Source of the DNA: an uncultured Planctomycetota bacterium | GTDB taxonomy: Bacteria > Planctomycetota > Planctomycetia > Pirellulales > Lacipirellulaceae | Length of the DNA: 64,000 nt | Assembly: GCA_963719315.1 (NCBI GenBank) | Contig: CAVRBU010000002.1 | Location: forward strand, 960,001-1,024,000 | Reading direction: 5' to 3' | Shown here: positions 42,597 to 52,956 of the stretch, piece by piece | Layout: each line of letters begins with the position of its first letter | How positions within the stretch are numbered: the first letter of the stretch is position 1 | The notes under the pieces: model-generated | Told to the model about the DNA's origin: nothing | Seen by the model: only the letters and a program-made list of their open reading frames with translations | Databases searched by the model: none | Program-made: the position numbers and the translations under genes

Positions 42597-42790
42597 CTAT
42601 TTGTCGATTAGCACGTCGGTCGATTTGACGACGGCAGTCACGGTGTCGCCCAGCTTCAGCCCCAGCCGTTCGGCCGACACGCGGGTGATCGCCGCCACGA
42701 CTTCGATCGCGCCGACGGCAACGACCACATCGGCCATCACGTTGCCGAGCTTGATTCCCTTGATCGTGAACTGATTGGCGCGGAAAGCAT
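42597..42790 (-). CDS. TOBE/Mop molybdate-binding protein, 1-nt frameshift near 42778
   Basis: MLSA(R)NQF.TIKGIKLGNVMADV...AAITRVSAERLGLKLGDTVTAVVKSTDVLIDK*; GGAG RBS; absent from the ORF track. Confidence 0.8.
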
Positions 42791-42854
42791 GGGCGACTCC
42801 TGCTACCTCTGATTCCGTCCGGCCCTTGACTCTTAACCCTCGACTATTTCAGCA

Positions 42855-42876
42855 GCGGTTGGGGAGGGATTCGAAC
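42855..42876 (-). other. tRNA 3'-end fragment (probably tRNA-Ser), candidate att site
   Basis: GTTCGAATCCCTCCCCAACCGC = T-loop plus 3' acceptor strand with G discriminator; no 5' half adjacent. Confidence 0.65.
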
Positions 42877-43287
42877 GGGTTTCTGTAACCAGTAGTCCCG
42901 CCAACAGTTTACAGCAATCGCCAATTCAAGGCGAAGCAGAATCCGAAGCAGTTTGCCATAATTCTAGTCCGATGGACGCCGACTTGGCGGCCGTGGTTGA
43001 TGCGTGGCCGTCGCTGCCCGAGGCGCTTAGGGCAGGCATCCTGGCGATGGTGCGGGCGGCCAGTGGCGGGACCTGAATTTACGCTCAAGCGCTCCCAATA
43101 TTCCCAGAATTGGTACTTGGCGGCGATGGTTCACCGGCGAGGCGTGCGGGAACAGCCGCCAAGGTAGGCACAGTTTGTTTTGGTTGTCCGAATTCAATAT
43201 TGCCGCCGTCTCCAGCACGTGTTCGCATTGGCTGGCATTTGGTACGCTTGGCCGAGTGACCGAGCATCTAACTGGCGGACCGAACTC

Positions 43288-43603
43288 GTGAATCCGATCA
43301 ATCGTGCCACTGTCGTGGTCCGACCAAAGGCGCCGTTCTTTGATTGGGCTCGTTCGCTCGAAGGCGGGTTGCCGGAAGCCACCGAAACGCGGACATCGGT
43401 CTATCTCGTCGAGGCTGGCGAGGACGAAAAGTCGACCCACATGCTTTGCCCCGCTCTTTAAGGAGCAATCGGAAGGCTGGCATCGGGACATCACCGACTG
43501 GCCGAAGCCTCGAACGATGGCCCTTTTCCGAGATTGGTTGGACGCCGAGGCTGTAGATCTGGCCTTTGATCTCTACGAAGGGCCGATCGAACACGACGAC
43601 TAG
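43288..43603 (+). pseudogene. Small conserved hypothetical protein, frameshifted
   Basis: NPINRATVVVRPKAPFFDWA...VYLV then FKEQSEGWHRDITDWPKPRTMALFRDW in another frame. Confidence 0.55.
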
Positions 43604-43879
43604 GGACGCAACGCCCGCGAAGGTCGCCGAGGCGGCGGGCGGGGGCGGCCGTTGGCAGGTTTAGCTGACCACGTGACGCGACGAACCTTTCCGGGGGCCC
43701 CACGGGGTCAGAAATCTGAACCACGCCCCGGCACCTTATCTGCCTTGGGTACCTGAGTTATTTAGCCCGAGGCGATCTGAAAAACGAATCTTACCTTTCG
43801 GCGGTACTTGCAGTGGATCGGCCCCCTCAGTGGGGCATTCAATCTTACCTTTCGCAGTAGTCGGTACCATGCAGAAGCT

Positions 43880-44035
43880 CAACCTTGCTGGTGAGTGTAG
43901 GGTGAACATCTTCCGTATCGAGGCTTCCCTTGAAAGGTGGGTTGGCCAGGATCACATCGAAGGCATCGCTCGCGTAGCGGGGGAATTTCTCCGGGAAGCT
44001 GTTAGAGAGAGTGTCTTGATAGTGGATACTTGGCA
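43880..44035 (-). pseudogene. hsdM: Type I restriction-modification HsdM internal fragment
   Basis: IHYQDTLS...[15 protein letters not shown] (N6-MTase motif IV); ends exactly at the IS66 end at 44036. Confidence 0.75.
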
Positions 44036-44365
44036 GTATCCGTCCCACCATCCACACCTTGACGCCTGTGCTAGCCTGAGGGTTTTCATGCCGGAACCTT
44101 GGAGTGCGAGCAATGGCGAAACGAGTGAGACTTCCGAAGGCGGAACGAGAATCATTCTGGCGGCGTCAGATCGATGACTGGGCCCAAGGCGGTCAGACGA
44201 TTTCCGGATTTTGTCGCGAACGCGGACTTACGGTGTCGGCATTTCATCTCTGGAAGCGCGAGCTGGGCCCAAGACGAAGAAGACGGAGTTGTTGTTTCTG
44301 GTCCTCATGCTGCGGATGCTCAAGCTCGGAGGACGGTGCGCGGTAAGCCGAAACGCACGTTGCAG
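44036..44365 (+). mobile_element. IS66 remnant: left end plus partial tnpA
   Basis: End GTATCCGTCCCACCATCCACACC; ATG 44113 [51 protein letters not shown] (TnpA HTH). Confidence 0.75.
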
Positions 44366-44492
44366 CACATGTCACGCCCAGGTATGACGCTTAGATCCCC
44401 AAAATACTTCTTCTGGAGGATCGTCAGCTTGGATTGCTGTGGGGAAAGTTCAGGTCCGCACCTTTACTTTCCCCGATTACGGAGAATCCAAC

Positions 44493-46070
44493 ATGTCGTA
44501 CCACGTCAGACGAACCGGCCGTGTGCAGCACAAAGCCAAGCCACGCAGGCAGTCGCTGCAAAAACCGAGTGGAATGATCAGTCCACGTGTCCAAAAAGTA
44601 GGTGGTGAACACTTTGCCATCGTCTGTGTCGATCCCGCCAAGCATCGATCGGAGTGGATGATGGCAGACTACTTTGGCAACCTGCTGATTGGACCTCAAA
44701 CCGTCGAGCACCAAAGCGTCTTCTTCAATGTGGCGGTGGAGATGATCCGACAAGCGCAACAGCGGCATGGTATCCAGGACACAATCGTCGTGGTTGAGCG
44801 AACGGGAAACTACTATCTTCCTCCCAAGCGAGCCTTCGCCAGAGCCGGATTCGAAACGCGTGTGGTCCATCCGTTCGCTACCAAGCAGTATCGAATGCCG
44901 GCCAATCCGGGCAACAAGACCGATGAAAACGACCTCTATGCACAACATCGTGCTGCGGTCGCCGGCTTTGGGCTGCGCGAGCTGGAATTGGAACCTCCTT
45001 ATCGAGATCTGCAGCTACGCGCACGCCATCGCCGCGACCTTGTTCAGAAGTCGGCCGCGCTGGCCTGCCAGATTCGCGACCACTTGCATCTGGCGATGCC
45101 TGGATATGCCGGGCTGTTCAGTGGCTTGTTTGAATCGCCTACAGCACTGCCGATCGCCGTCCACTGCGACTCACCTGCCAAACTGCTCCAACTTGGACGG
45201 AATGGCTTGAGCCGATATCTGAGCAAGAACAAGGTTCGCCACCAGCTGCGCACCATCGACAAAGTTCTCGCCTGGGCGACGCAAGCGACGGACGATCCCA
45301 TTCAAGACGGGCCGATGCACCATGCCATCTGGACCGATCTGTACGAGCTCTATCAGCATTTTCAACGGCAAATCGCTGCCTTGGAGCGACAACTTGCCGG
45401 CGACGTGGTGCAGACTCCTTACATTCGCCTGATGGCCATCGCCGGTATCAACGTCGTTTCGGCCGCCGAGTTAGCGGCAGAAATGGGACCCATTTCAGGG
45501 TACGCCAACGCGAACGCCATCACCGGTCGCGCGGGCTTGTTCCCGTCCCGTTATCAAAGCGATCAAACGGACAACGCCAATGGAGAGTTAATCCGCCAGG
45601 CCAATCGTCGGCTGCGCTGCGTGCTCATGGGAATCGCCGACAACCTGGCTTGTCACTGCAATTATTACCGCGGCCAGGCAGAAGTGGACATAGCCCGGGG
45701 CGTCGACAAGCGGGCCAGTCGCGTTAAGATCGCCAAGCGATTCAGCCGCTTGGCGCTGGCCTGTGTCGCCGGGGACGAGCCGATGCGCCATTCATGCTTT
45801 CAAAAGCCCGACTCTATACTGGACAAACTGCGTCGCTTTCATCAGGAGCATGAGACACCCATGGATGTCTTGTTGGCTGACCTGGAAGCCGCTGTTGGGC
45901 AACTACCCTATAACACTTGCAGCCATGAAGCGATAATCGTCGCGGACGTCCTGCAGCAGCACACGCGTCGCCGACAGGGCCCCAAGCCGATCGGTGACGT
46001 ATTGCCGGCTGTCTTGGCCTGCTTGAATATAAGAATCGCACAAGCAAATGAAAACAGGGAACGGTCCTGA
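44493..46070 (+). CDS. IS110-family DEDD recombinase/transposase, 525 aa
   Basis: VCVDPAK, VVERTG, NKTDEND (DEDD); IAGINVVSAAELAAEMG and AGLFPSRYQSD Tnp domain; N- and C-terminal extensions. Confidence 0.9.
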   Translation: MSYHVRRTGRVQHKAKPRRQSLQKPSGMISPRVQKVGGEHFAIVCVDPAKHRSEWMMADYFGNLLIGPQTVEHQSVFFNVAVEMIRQAQQRHGIQDTIVVVERTGNYYLPPKRAFARAGFETRVVHPFATKQYRMPANPGNKTDENDLYAQHRAAVAGFGLRELELEPPYRDLQLRARHRRDLVQKSAALACQIRDHLHLAMPGYAGLFSGLFESPTALPIAVHCDSPAKLLQLGRNGLSRYLSKNKVRHQLRTIDKVLAWATQATDDPIQDGPMHHAIWTDLYELYQHFQRQIAALERQLAGDVVQTPYIRLMAIAGINVVSAAELAAEMGPISGYANANAITGRAGLFPSRYQSDQTDNANGELIRQANRRLRCVLMGIADNLACHCNYYRGQAEVDIARGVDKRASRVKIAKRFSRLALACVAGDEPMRHSCFQKPDSILDKLRRFHQEHETPMDVLLADLEAAVGQLPYNTCSHEAIIVADVLQQHTRRRQGPKPIGDVLPAVLACLNIRIAQANENRERS

Positions 46071-46119
46071 ACTCGTGTGAGGATTGACACCGCCTTCACG
46101 CCCTATGGCATTCCTGCCT

Positions 46120-46310
46120 TTTCAGGTGCATGGCGCTCTGTCGGATCACCACCGCCTGATACGGCAGTTCGGGGCCGTCCCTCTTATGCATTACCTGTAC
46201 GGCGATACGTGATCACCAAGACGACAGAGATAATCCTCTCGCGTGATTGAAGACCGAGACCTGCACGAACCTCAAAAAAACCACCTCGCCGGTGGACCGA
46301 TCGCCGTACG
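46120..46310 (+). ncRNA. Candidate bridge-RNA-like structured RNA in the IS110 right end
   Basis: Two adjacent large stem-loops: AGGTGCAT(46124)/ATGCATTACCT(46196) and perfect GTACGGCGAT(46197-46206)/ATCGCCGTAC(46300-46309); TTGACA at 46084. Confidence 0.45.
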
Positions 46311-46701
46311 TCGCCGCACAAATTTAACCCAAGGACTTGAAATCCACATGGCAGTCACCTTACGCACATCGGGGGGCTAAAAGGTGTGGGAGCCAACGCG
46401 GTCCGCCCCGAAAAAGGCGGCGGCTCCCGGCTCACTGTAAATCGGCGTCGGCGTGTCGCACCAAAGCTGGTTAGAACTACGAGGGGCTGCAATCATGAAG
46501 GCCTTGAAATCCGAGCGCCAAAAGCGACTGACTCGTAGTCAGATGCTTCAACGGTTACGGCGCAAGCAGCCTTCATTAACGATCGAAACTCGATTCGTGC
46601 GATCCCCGCGCCACCGGTTCCAAACGCCCTCAACACTTCTAAAAGCGTTCTCAGGGCCGGGTTGAATTACATGGGGGCAAAAAAATCACAAGACCAACCG
46701 G

Positions 46702-47919
46702 TCATTTGTTGGCTTTAGGAATGAGCTTGAGAAGCACACCTTGACCCGGCGCCAACCAACATTGTTCGCCTTCGTAAGGCACTAGCGCCCCGCTATAGGC
46801 GGAAACCAGCTCCAGCCGGGCGATCGGCTGGCGAAACTTGGGGTGACAGGGCACCGACCCTGCAACGTCCTTGTTGACAACCATGATGTAGCGGTCGCCA
46901 TTCTCGTGCGTGAAATCGCCCACCAACATCGGACCGCCGATTGACTCCACGAGGCTCTTGTCGTCCGGTCCGGTGCAGCCAGTCGGAACCGCGCTGAAGT
47001 GATAGACCCGATCGGACTTCAGTTTAAGCAGCGTGGGGGCCAGCTTGCCAATCTGAAGATTGACTTGTCGCATGGTTTGCCACATCGGATTCTCGTTACC
47101 GAATTGGTCGATCGGGCCGCCGCGAAAGTTGCCCACGGCGGGCGTGAAGTACTTGAAGTACGCGATTCCGCGGGCGCCGTACGCGAGCGACGTGTACACC
47201 TGAAGCCGCATGTCGACAGGTGTGGGCTCGCGGTAATTCAGGCAGCCGAGAGAAAGGACGATTTGCCAGAACGGCAGGTCATGCTTGACGGCAGCGCGGC
47301 GAATCGATTCGAGATTCCCGAAGTATTCTCCGCGTAATCCGCCGCCCTCGAAAATTGCATAGTGATCGTAACTCAGGACAGGCGGCTGACATTCCTTGAC
47401 GAACTTCTCGACGTACTCGTCGTAGGTTGCCGTACCCAATTGGCCGGCGTCCGCGTAATTGGGGAAGAGATTGATGTACGGCCAGACTCCCGGATGGAGC
47501 TCCTTCACAACGCTGCTGACCGTGGCCAGACCGGGAAAGAATCTCGCGCTGGGTTCGTCTCGCAAATAGTACCCGAACACGGCCGGATGATTGCGGACCT
47601 CGTTGATGAGCTCCGTCACACGGGCGCGTGCAATCTTGGAATCCACCCTCGGCCAGTCGTAGCCGCTGGTCCGCGGGTCGGAAACAATGGCTTTCAGGCC
47701 GGCAGCGTAACAGGCGTCCAGGGCGGCGGGGGGTACAAAACCTGCCACCGTGAAGCCGCAATCATGCATCTTCTTGAATACGGCCGGGTCGTTGGGCGGG
47801 CCGTCCCACGCCATGACTGGGAAAAAGTCGGTCGGTTCAGCTGCTAAGCCCATCGCGGGCAACATTTGTAGAAGTAGAATCAGAAAAGCGAGTCGAAATG
47901 TGAGTCGTCTGTAGTCCAT
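46702..47919 (-). CDS. Secreted glycoside-hydrolase-like TIM-barrel protein
   Basis: Signal peptide; YYLRDEP, YINLFP, LSYDHY, PFWQIV, YTSLAYGARGIAYF (clan GH-A-like pattern). Confidence 0.65.
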   Translation of the reverse strand: MDYRRLTFRLAFLILLLQMLPAMGLAAEPTDFFPVMAWDGPPNDPAVFKKMHDCGFTVAGFVPPAALDACYAAGLKAIVSDPRTSGYDWPRVDSKIARARVTELINEVRNHPAVFGYYLRDEPSARFFPGLATVSSVVKELHPGVWPYINLFPNYADAGQLGTATYDEYVEKFVKECQPPVLSYDHYAIFEGGGLRGEYFGNLESIRRAAVKHDLPFWQIVLSLGCLNYREPTPVDMRLQVYTSLAYGARGIAYFKYFTPAVGNFRGGPIDQFGNENPMWQTMRQVNLQIGKLAPTLLKLKSDRVYHFSAVPTGCTGPDDKSLVESIGGPMLVGDFTHENGDRYIMVVNKDVAGSVPCHPKFRQPIARLELVSAYSGALVPYEGEQCWLAPGQGVLLKLIPKANK

Positions 47920-48185
47920 GGGTCAGTTCGCCTGGGCAGGTTGAATTGTCGGGGTGATTTATCGAGAATGGCAGCGAGGGCAAGTATAGTTGAGAATTCG
48001 GCATGCGGTACAAGCTCTACCGCCGGCGGCGCCTGCCACAAACCTTTAAGAGCAGGCAGGTTACGACGCAGCACAAGAATCCGTGCAAAAATTCGCGTTC
48101 TAAGGCTGTGTTCTTATGAATGGGTGTAATCTTATCTGAAGTCCGGGCGGTCTGTTCCGGGAGCAAGCTTTGAATGAGGTTGGCC

Positions 48186-48734
48186 ATGCCCTCCGATGCG
48201 CATATCAACGTGCCTTCCGATCCCGATCGGGAGGAGTTTGCGCTTCAGTTTTCGCGCAACGCACGCCGGATTTACGGCTTCGTTATGACGCTGGTCTTCA
48301 ATTACCACGACGCCGAAGAGGTGTTTCAAAACACCAGCGTAGTCTTATGGAATAAGTTTGCGGACTTCGAGCCGGGCAGCGATTTTTTTGCCTGGGCCAG
48401 TCACGTAGCCTACTACGAAGTGCTGAACCTGATGAAGCAGCGTCGCCGCTCACGAACCTTTAGCGATGAAGCGCTCGAGGTGCTCGCCAGCGAAGCCACG
48501 GCTATTTCGGACCGCTCGTCCGAGCGCTATGAAGCGCTCGAAGAGTGTCTGGGCCGCTTGGCACCAACGGATCGGGCACTCTTGCAGGAGCGTTACTTTT
48601 ATCAGCGTCCCCCCAAGCAAATAGCCACGATGCAGTCGCGTTCGATTCATTCGGTCTACCGCGCCCTCAATCGCATTCATGCCTTGTTGCTCAATTGCGT
48701 TCAGCGTAATTTGTCGCGGGAGGAGTTGACGTGA
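48186..48734 (+). CDS. ECF sigma-70 factor (planctomycete/verrucomicrobial type)
   Basis: DAEEVFQNTSVVLWNKF..F.PGSDFFAWA; LEECLGRL; RIHALLLNCV. Confidence 0.92.
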   Translation: MPSDAHINVPSDPDREEFALQFSRNARRIYGFVMTLVFNYHDAEEVFQNTSVVLWNKFADFEPGSDFFAWASHVAYYEVLNLMKQRRRSRTFSDEALEVLASEATAISDRSSERYEALEECLGRLAPTDRALLQERYFYQRPPKQIATMQSRSIHSVYRALNRIHALLLNCVQRNLSREELT

Positions 48735-50461
48735 AAACTCAATCCGCCCGCGAGCGCGAAGTAGGCGAGCTGGTCATCGCCGCCAATTGCGGTGAGGTGA
48801 CCGATGAACAGCTCGCACGGATGGATGACCTCATTCGCAGCGATCGTTCGTTGGCCAACTTCGCCGCCCGCCTGCTCGATCAGCAGGCAGCGCTTGCCTG
48901 GCATGGTTCGTTGCGCGGCGAAACGGGCCAAACTTCGGTCTGTGAGCTTTTTGCTGCCGATTTGGCGCTGGATGCGGGCGAGGGCATCGATGGGCGTGCC
49001 GACGGTGTTACGGCGGCCCGTCACCGCTGGATGTGGCCCACGATTGCGGTCGGTATTAGCTTTGTCCTGGGCGGCCTGACCGCGGCGACCATGTACCGCG
49101 CGATGTCGGCTAATGTTGCTGTTGCTGTCCCGCAAATCGCCTCGCTGGTGGGCTATCCGCCCACCGGCCAGCCCGACTATGAAGCGCGGCTCATACACAG
49201 CACGGCTTGCCTCTGGGAAGGAAGCTCGATGAATTCGCTGGCGGTTGGCAGCGGACTATCGAGCGGCGAATCCTTGCATCTCCTGGAAGGCCTGGCTGAG
49301 TTCACCTTGACCTGGTTCGGTCAGGGCCGCGCAACGCTCTCGCTCGAAGGACCAGCGGCGATGATGCTCACCTCGGAAGGCATGCCAACGCTCCGATTTG
49401 GCCGCCTCAGCGCCACGATCAACGCATCCTCGCAACCCTTCGTGCTCGAAACGCCCGTGGGGCGACTGTCCCTGGCGGAGTACGGCTCGATCGGCGTGTC
49501 GGCCTACGGCAATGAGGGCGAGATTCACGTATTCAACGGCGCGGCCACTTTCGAACCCGCCTGGCGCTCGCCCGATCAAACGATGCCTCTCAAGATCGAG
49601 GCCGGCCAATCAATTCGCATTCAAACCGGAAACAACGGCGAACCGAAGATAACCTGGCACTCCGCCGACGCGGAGTACTTTGCCGCCCAGGTTTCCATGA
49701 ACTCCGATGGCCTGGCCATCCCGCCGGCTTACGTAAAGGCGGTCAAGAAATCCCAACCGATCGGCTACTGGCGGTTTGAACACGATGATTGGCCGAATGT
49801 GCCGAACGAAGTGCCGGGTGGGCTGGCCTGCCATGTAAACGGAACGCTTGGCCGGACAGCGTTTCAGGGCAATCAAGCGATCGAATTCGGCGTCAGCGGC
49901 GAGGGGGGTGAGATCGTCTCCGACGAGCTGGTCAGCGACTCGATCCGCGACGGGTATTCGGTCGAGTTTTGGATCAAGCCCAGCCACTTTCATTTGGGCA
50001 GCGTGGTGTCGCTGGTCGGCGACACGCCCATGCCGAGCGGCAAATTGGCGCACGGCATGCTCGTCGAATTGGGTGGAACGGGCAAAATACCCACGGCCAT
50101 TAATCACCCCGGCTGCATCCGGTTTTTGCATCGCAGCCCTGCCCGCGACGTGGCGGGCACTTCCTGCTACTCGAAGGTGCCCTACACGCTGCGGAAATGG
50201 CAACACATCGTGGCCACCAAAGATGGAGTCGCCATGCGGCTCTATATTAACGGCATGCTTGTCGGCGAGGGGGAGGATTCCAGCCCGGTGCCCTCTGGAC
50301 TGCGACTTTTAGTCGGAAGCTTGTATCCATCCAGCGGCGAACGGCCTTTTAACGGGCAACTTGATGAATTGGCGCTCTATAATCGGGCTTTGACGGAACA
50401 AGAGATCGTTCATCATTATCAGCTTGTTCGCCCTAAGACGGCCGGCGAACCGACTATCTAA
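48731..50461 (+). CDS. FecR-like anti-sigma factor with C-terminal LamG domain
   Basis: GTGA overlap with the sigma gene; single TM; LSLEGPA, VLETPVG, IHVFNG; PIGYWRF, WQHIVAT, FNGQLDELALYNRAL. Confidence 0.82.
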   Translation: MKTQSAREREVGELVIAANCGEVTDEQLARMDDLIRSDRSLANFAARLLDQQAALAWHGSLRGETGQTSVCELFAADLALDAGEGIDGRADGVTAARHRWMWPTIAVGISFVLGGLTAATMYRAMSANVAVAVPQIASLVGYPPTGQPDYEARLIHSTACLWEGSSMNSLAVGSGLSSGESLHLLEGLAEFTLTWFGQGRATLSLEGPAAMMLTSEGMPTLRFGRLSATINASSQPFVLETPVGRLSLAEYGSIGVSAYGNEGEIHVFNGAATFEPAWRSPDQTMPLKIEAGQSIRIQTGNNGEPKITWHSADAEYFAAQVSMNSDGLAIPPAYVKAVKKSQPIGYWRFEHDDWPNVPNEVPGGLACHVNGTLGRTAFQGNQAIEFGVSGEGGEIVSDELVSDSIRDGYSVEFWIKPSHFHLGSVVSLVGDTPMPSGKLAHGMLVELGGTGKIPTAINHPGCIRFLHRSPARDVAGTSCYSKVPYTLRKWQHIVATKDGVAMRLYINGMLVGEGEDSSPVPSGLRLLVGSLYPSSGERPFNGQLDELALYNRALTEQEIVHHYQLVRPKTAGEPTI

Positions 50462-50481
50462 TCTAATCCAACGGAGTCACT

Positions 50482-51558
50482 ATGTCCGTCCAAAGTGCGA
50501 TGTGCGGAAAGGCAGACGGAAAGTTGCCGTCGCCACGGCATACGTGCCGACCGATCGCGGGCTTTACCCTGGTGGAGCTGCTGGTCGTAATTGCGATCAT
50601 TGGAATCCTCGTGGCGCTCCTGCTGCCCGCGATTCAAGCCGTGCGCGAAGCGGCGCGGCGGGCTCAGTGTACGAACAATTTGCGCCAGGTTGGTCTCGCG
50701 AATCTTAATTATGAAAACTCGCACAAGTCGCTGCCTCCCGGTTCCGGTTGGGGCCGCACCGACCCCAAGGAGTTTCGCGGAACCTGGGTCGTTCCAATCT
50801 TGCCGTATTTGGAAGAGGAGGCGGTCGCCAGCCGATACGACTCCACGAAGTATCCCAGCGATCTCGTGAATGCGACGCTTGCCGCCACGCTCATCATTCA
50901 AACCCTGATTTGTCCGAGCGACGAGCTTTCTTCCACGCCGATTCTCACCGGTCGGCGCTCGGGGCAGACCAACCCGCCCACGTGCCAGGGACTGTGGTAC
51001 ACGGGCTCAATGGGTCCGACGATACCCGATTATTGTTCCCCCTCCTTTGGCTCCATTGGACCGACTTATAAGCTGTTTTGCATCGGCTGCGGATTTGGCA
51101 CGCTGAATTATGATCCTGCTAAAGGCGATACGCCGAGGGGACCTTGCTCGCTCGCGCAACCAAATCCCACGACCAACCTGAATACCTGCGCCGGAATGAT
51201 TTGTCGCCGGCATATCGGGACGAAATTCAAATCCGTCACGGATGGATTGTCCAACACGTTCATGATCGGCGAAACGCTGCCCGGGCATTGGATCTGGAAT
51301 TGCATCTTTTGCGACAACTTTCCCGTCTCGTCCACCCATATCCCGTTAAACACCATGGAACAGCGACCCGATGCCACGCACCCAGCGGGGGATGTCGACT
51401 ATTGGCTGACGAGCGGTTTCAAAAGCATGCATCCGGGCGGCGCCAGCTTCGTCATGGCCGACGGCAGCGTACAGTTCATCCAAGAGTCCATCGATTATGT
51501 TGTCTACAACGTTCTGGGCGGCAGGGCCGACGGAGAAACTGCCTCCGGTGCGTTTTAA
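50482..51558 (+). CDS. DUF1559 prepilin-type protein with H-X9-DG motif
   Basis: [57 protein letters not shown]. Confidence 0.95.
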   Translation: MSVQSAMCGKADGKLPSPRHTCRPIAGFTLVELLVVIAIIGILVALLLPAIQAVREAARRAQCTNNLRQVGLANLNYENSHKSLPPGSGWGRTDPKEFRGTWVVPILPYLEEEAVASRYDSTKYPSDLVNATLAATLIIQTLICPSDELSSTPILTGRRSGQTNPPTCQGLWYTGSMGPTIPDYCSPSFGSIGPTYKLFCIGCGFGTLNYDPAKGDTPRGPCSLAQPNPTTNLNTCAGMICRRHIGTKFKSVTDGLSNTFMIGETLPGHWIWNCIFCDNFPVSSTHIPLNTMEQRPDATHPAGDVDYWLTSGFKSMHPGGASFVMADGSVQFIQESIDYVVYNVLGGRADGETASGAF

Positions 51559-51589
51559 CGGTACTCGTTCTTCCAAATTGAATTCATCG

Positions 51590-52030
51590 ATGCGAATTGT
51601 TTTCCATACTCGAATCTGTTGTTTTCTGACGCTGGCATTGCTCGGTGCGAGTGCCGGGTGTGGCAACAATGGGTTGCCGCTCGTACCGGTACACGGAAAG
51701 GTAACGTTTGCCGGGAACCCGCCGCCCATGGCGGGGATGATCACGTTCATGCCCATCGCAGTTGCCGAGGGCCTGCCACGCCGCCCCGGCCGTGCGCATT
51801 TCGACGAGCAAGGCGCTTTTCAAGTCACGTCCTTTAAGGACAACGACGGACTGATTCCGGGAAATTATCAGCCGAGCATCACCTGCTGGATGAAACAGCC
51901 CACCAGCAACGATCCAACTTCATTCGAAAGATACAACTACGTCCCGAAGGGCTTTCAGGCCTCGGAGGTAAAGGTGGAACAGGACGCTGGCTCCGTGGAG
52001 GTCACGATTGACGTACCTAAAAAGAAATAA
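51590..52030 (+). CDS. Lipoprotein, carboxypeptidase-regulatory-like (DUF1559 partner)
   Basis: Lipobox SAGC; VPVHGKVTF.G.P, GLIPGNY, YVPKGF. Confidence 0.8.
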   Translation: MRIVFHTRICCFLTLALLGASAGCGNNGLPLVPVHGKVTFAGNPPPMAGMITFMPIAVAEGLPRRPGRAHFDEQGAFQVTSFKDNDGLIPGNYQPSITCWMKQPTSNDPTSFERYNYVPKGFQASEVKVEQDAGSVEVTIDVPKKK

Positions 52031-52161
52031 GAAGAAACTGGCGAAAATTGGGCAATTTTTCACCAGTCGGGTATACTAGAAACTTGGATAAATTGCCTAC
52101 GAAACTTTAGTGAGGGTTGCTAACGAACTGCTTTCTTGTCACCACTCAGGAGTACTGGCTA

Positions 52162-52932
52162 ATGAAACGACATCTTGTTACTGCTGCTGTTGTTATTGGT
52201 TTCTGTTTGTGGGGGTCTTCGCTGTTCGCTGCGCTATTGGCGGTGGACATCAATGACCGAACGGTCGCTGATTCACTTGTGAACACACCCGCTGGTTTTG
52301 AGTCCTGGGTGATCAACACGGGAACGACTGGCTCCGCTACAACGGCGACTCAGACGTTGGCAAGCGGTTACACATTGAGTTTCGACATTTTTGATGATCA
52401 CGACCCAAATGACGGCGGTGCGGCAGGCGATAGCCCGGGCGCGTTCGATGACCGAGATCGTGTCGTGCCGACCACCTCGCCAACACTCGATCAGCTTTAT
52501 GACGATTTCATCTTCGCCGGCGGCAGCGCCGGGCCCACGGGGGGACTGGATATGACGATCGGCGGCGGAGCATTGCTACCTAATACGTCGTATCGGGTCT
52601 CCATCTATTCCTATGACGGCATTGACGCCAACATGGCGTCGGCAACGCCCGTGCGCACCGCCGATTGGCTCGACGGAAACAATTCGGACGCCCTGGTTTT
52701 ATCGACGAATTTCACGATTAACATGCCACCCACGACCGACAACCAATACAAGTTCACGGGCGTCGCGATGACCGACGCCTCGGGCATTTTACTTCTCAAG
52801 GGCCGGCGCACGACGGCTGCGGACGTGAGTGTGTACGTCAACGGCGTGGAAGTCGACGCGATTCCGGAGCCCTCGTCGATCGCCTTGTTGTTTGTCGCTT
52901 TCGGCCTTTTACCCTTGCGAAAGCGCCGCTGA
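52162..52932 (+). CDS. PEP-CTERM surface protein
   Basis: AGGAG RBS; signal peptide; C-terminal IPEPSSIALLFVAFGLLPLRKRR. Confidence 0.9.
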   Translation: MKRHLVTAAVVIGFCLWGSSLFAALLAVDINDRTVADSLVNTPAGFESWVINTGTTGSATTATQTLASGYTLSFDIFDDHDPNDGGAAGDSPGAFDDRDRVVPTTSPTLDQLYDDFIFAGGSAGPTGGLDMTIGGGALLPNTSYRVSIYSYDGIDANMASATPVRTADWLDGNNSDALVLSTNFTINMPPTTDNQYKFTGVAMTDASGILLLKGRRTTAADVSVYVNGVEVDAIPEPSSIALLFVAFGLLPLRKRR

Positions 52933-52956
52933 AATCGATGGGAGCGCACCGGAAAT

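Larger units (their letters stand above)
44366..46350 (+). mobile_element. IS110-family element (ends inferred)
   Basis: CACATG at both 44366-44371 and 46345-46350; about 120-nt left and 280-nt right non-coding ends around the recombinase. Confidence 0.6.

Noticed and set aside
46453..46665. 70-aa basic ORF and a possible IS end (AGGGCCGGGTTGAATT)
   Set aside because: No recognisable motif and no partner inverted repeat; cannot be supported
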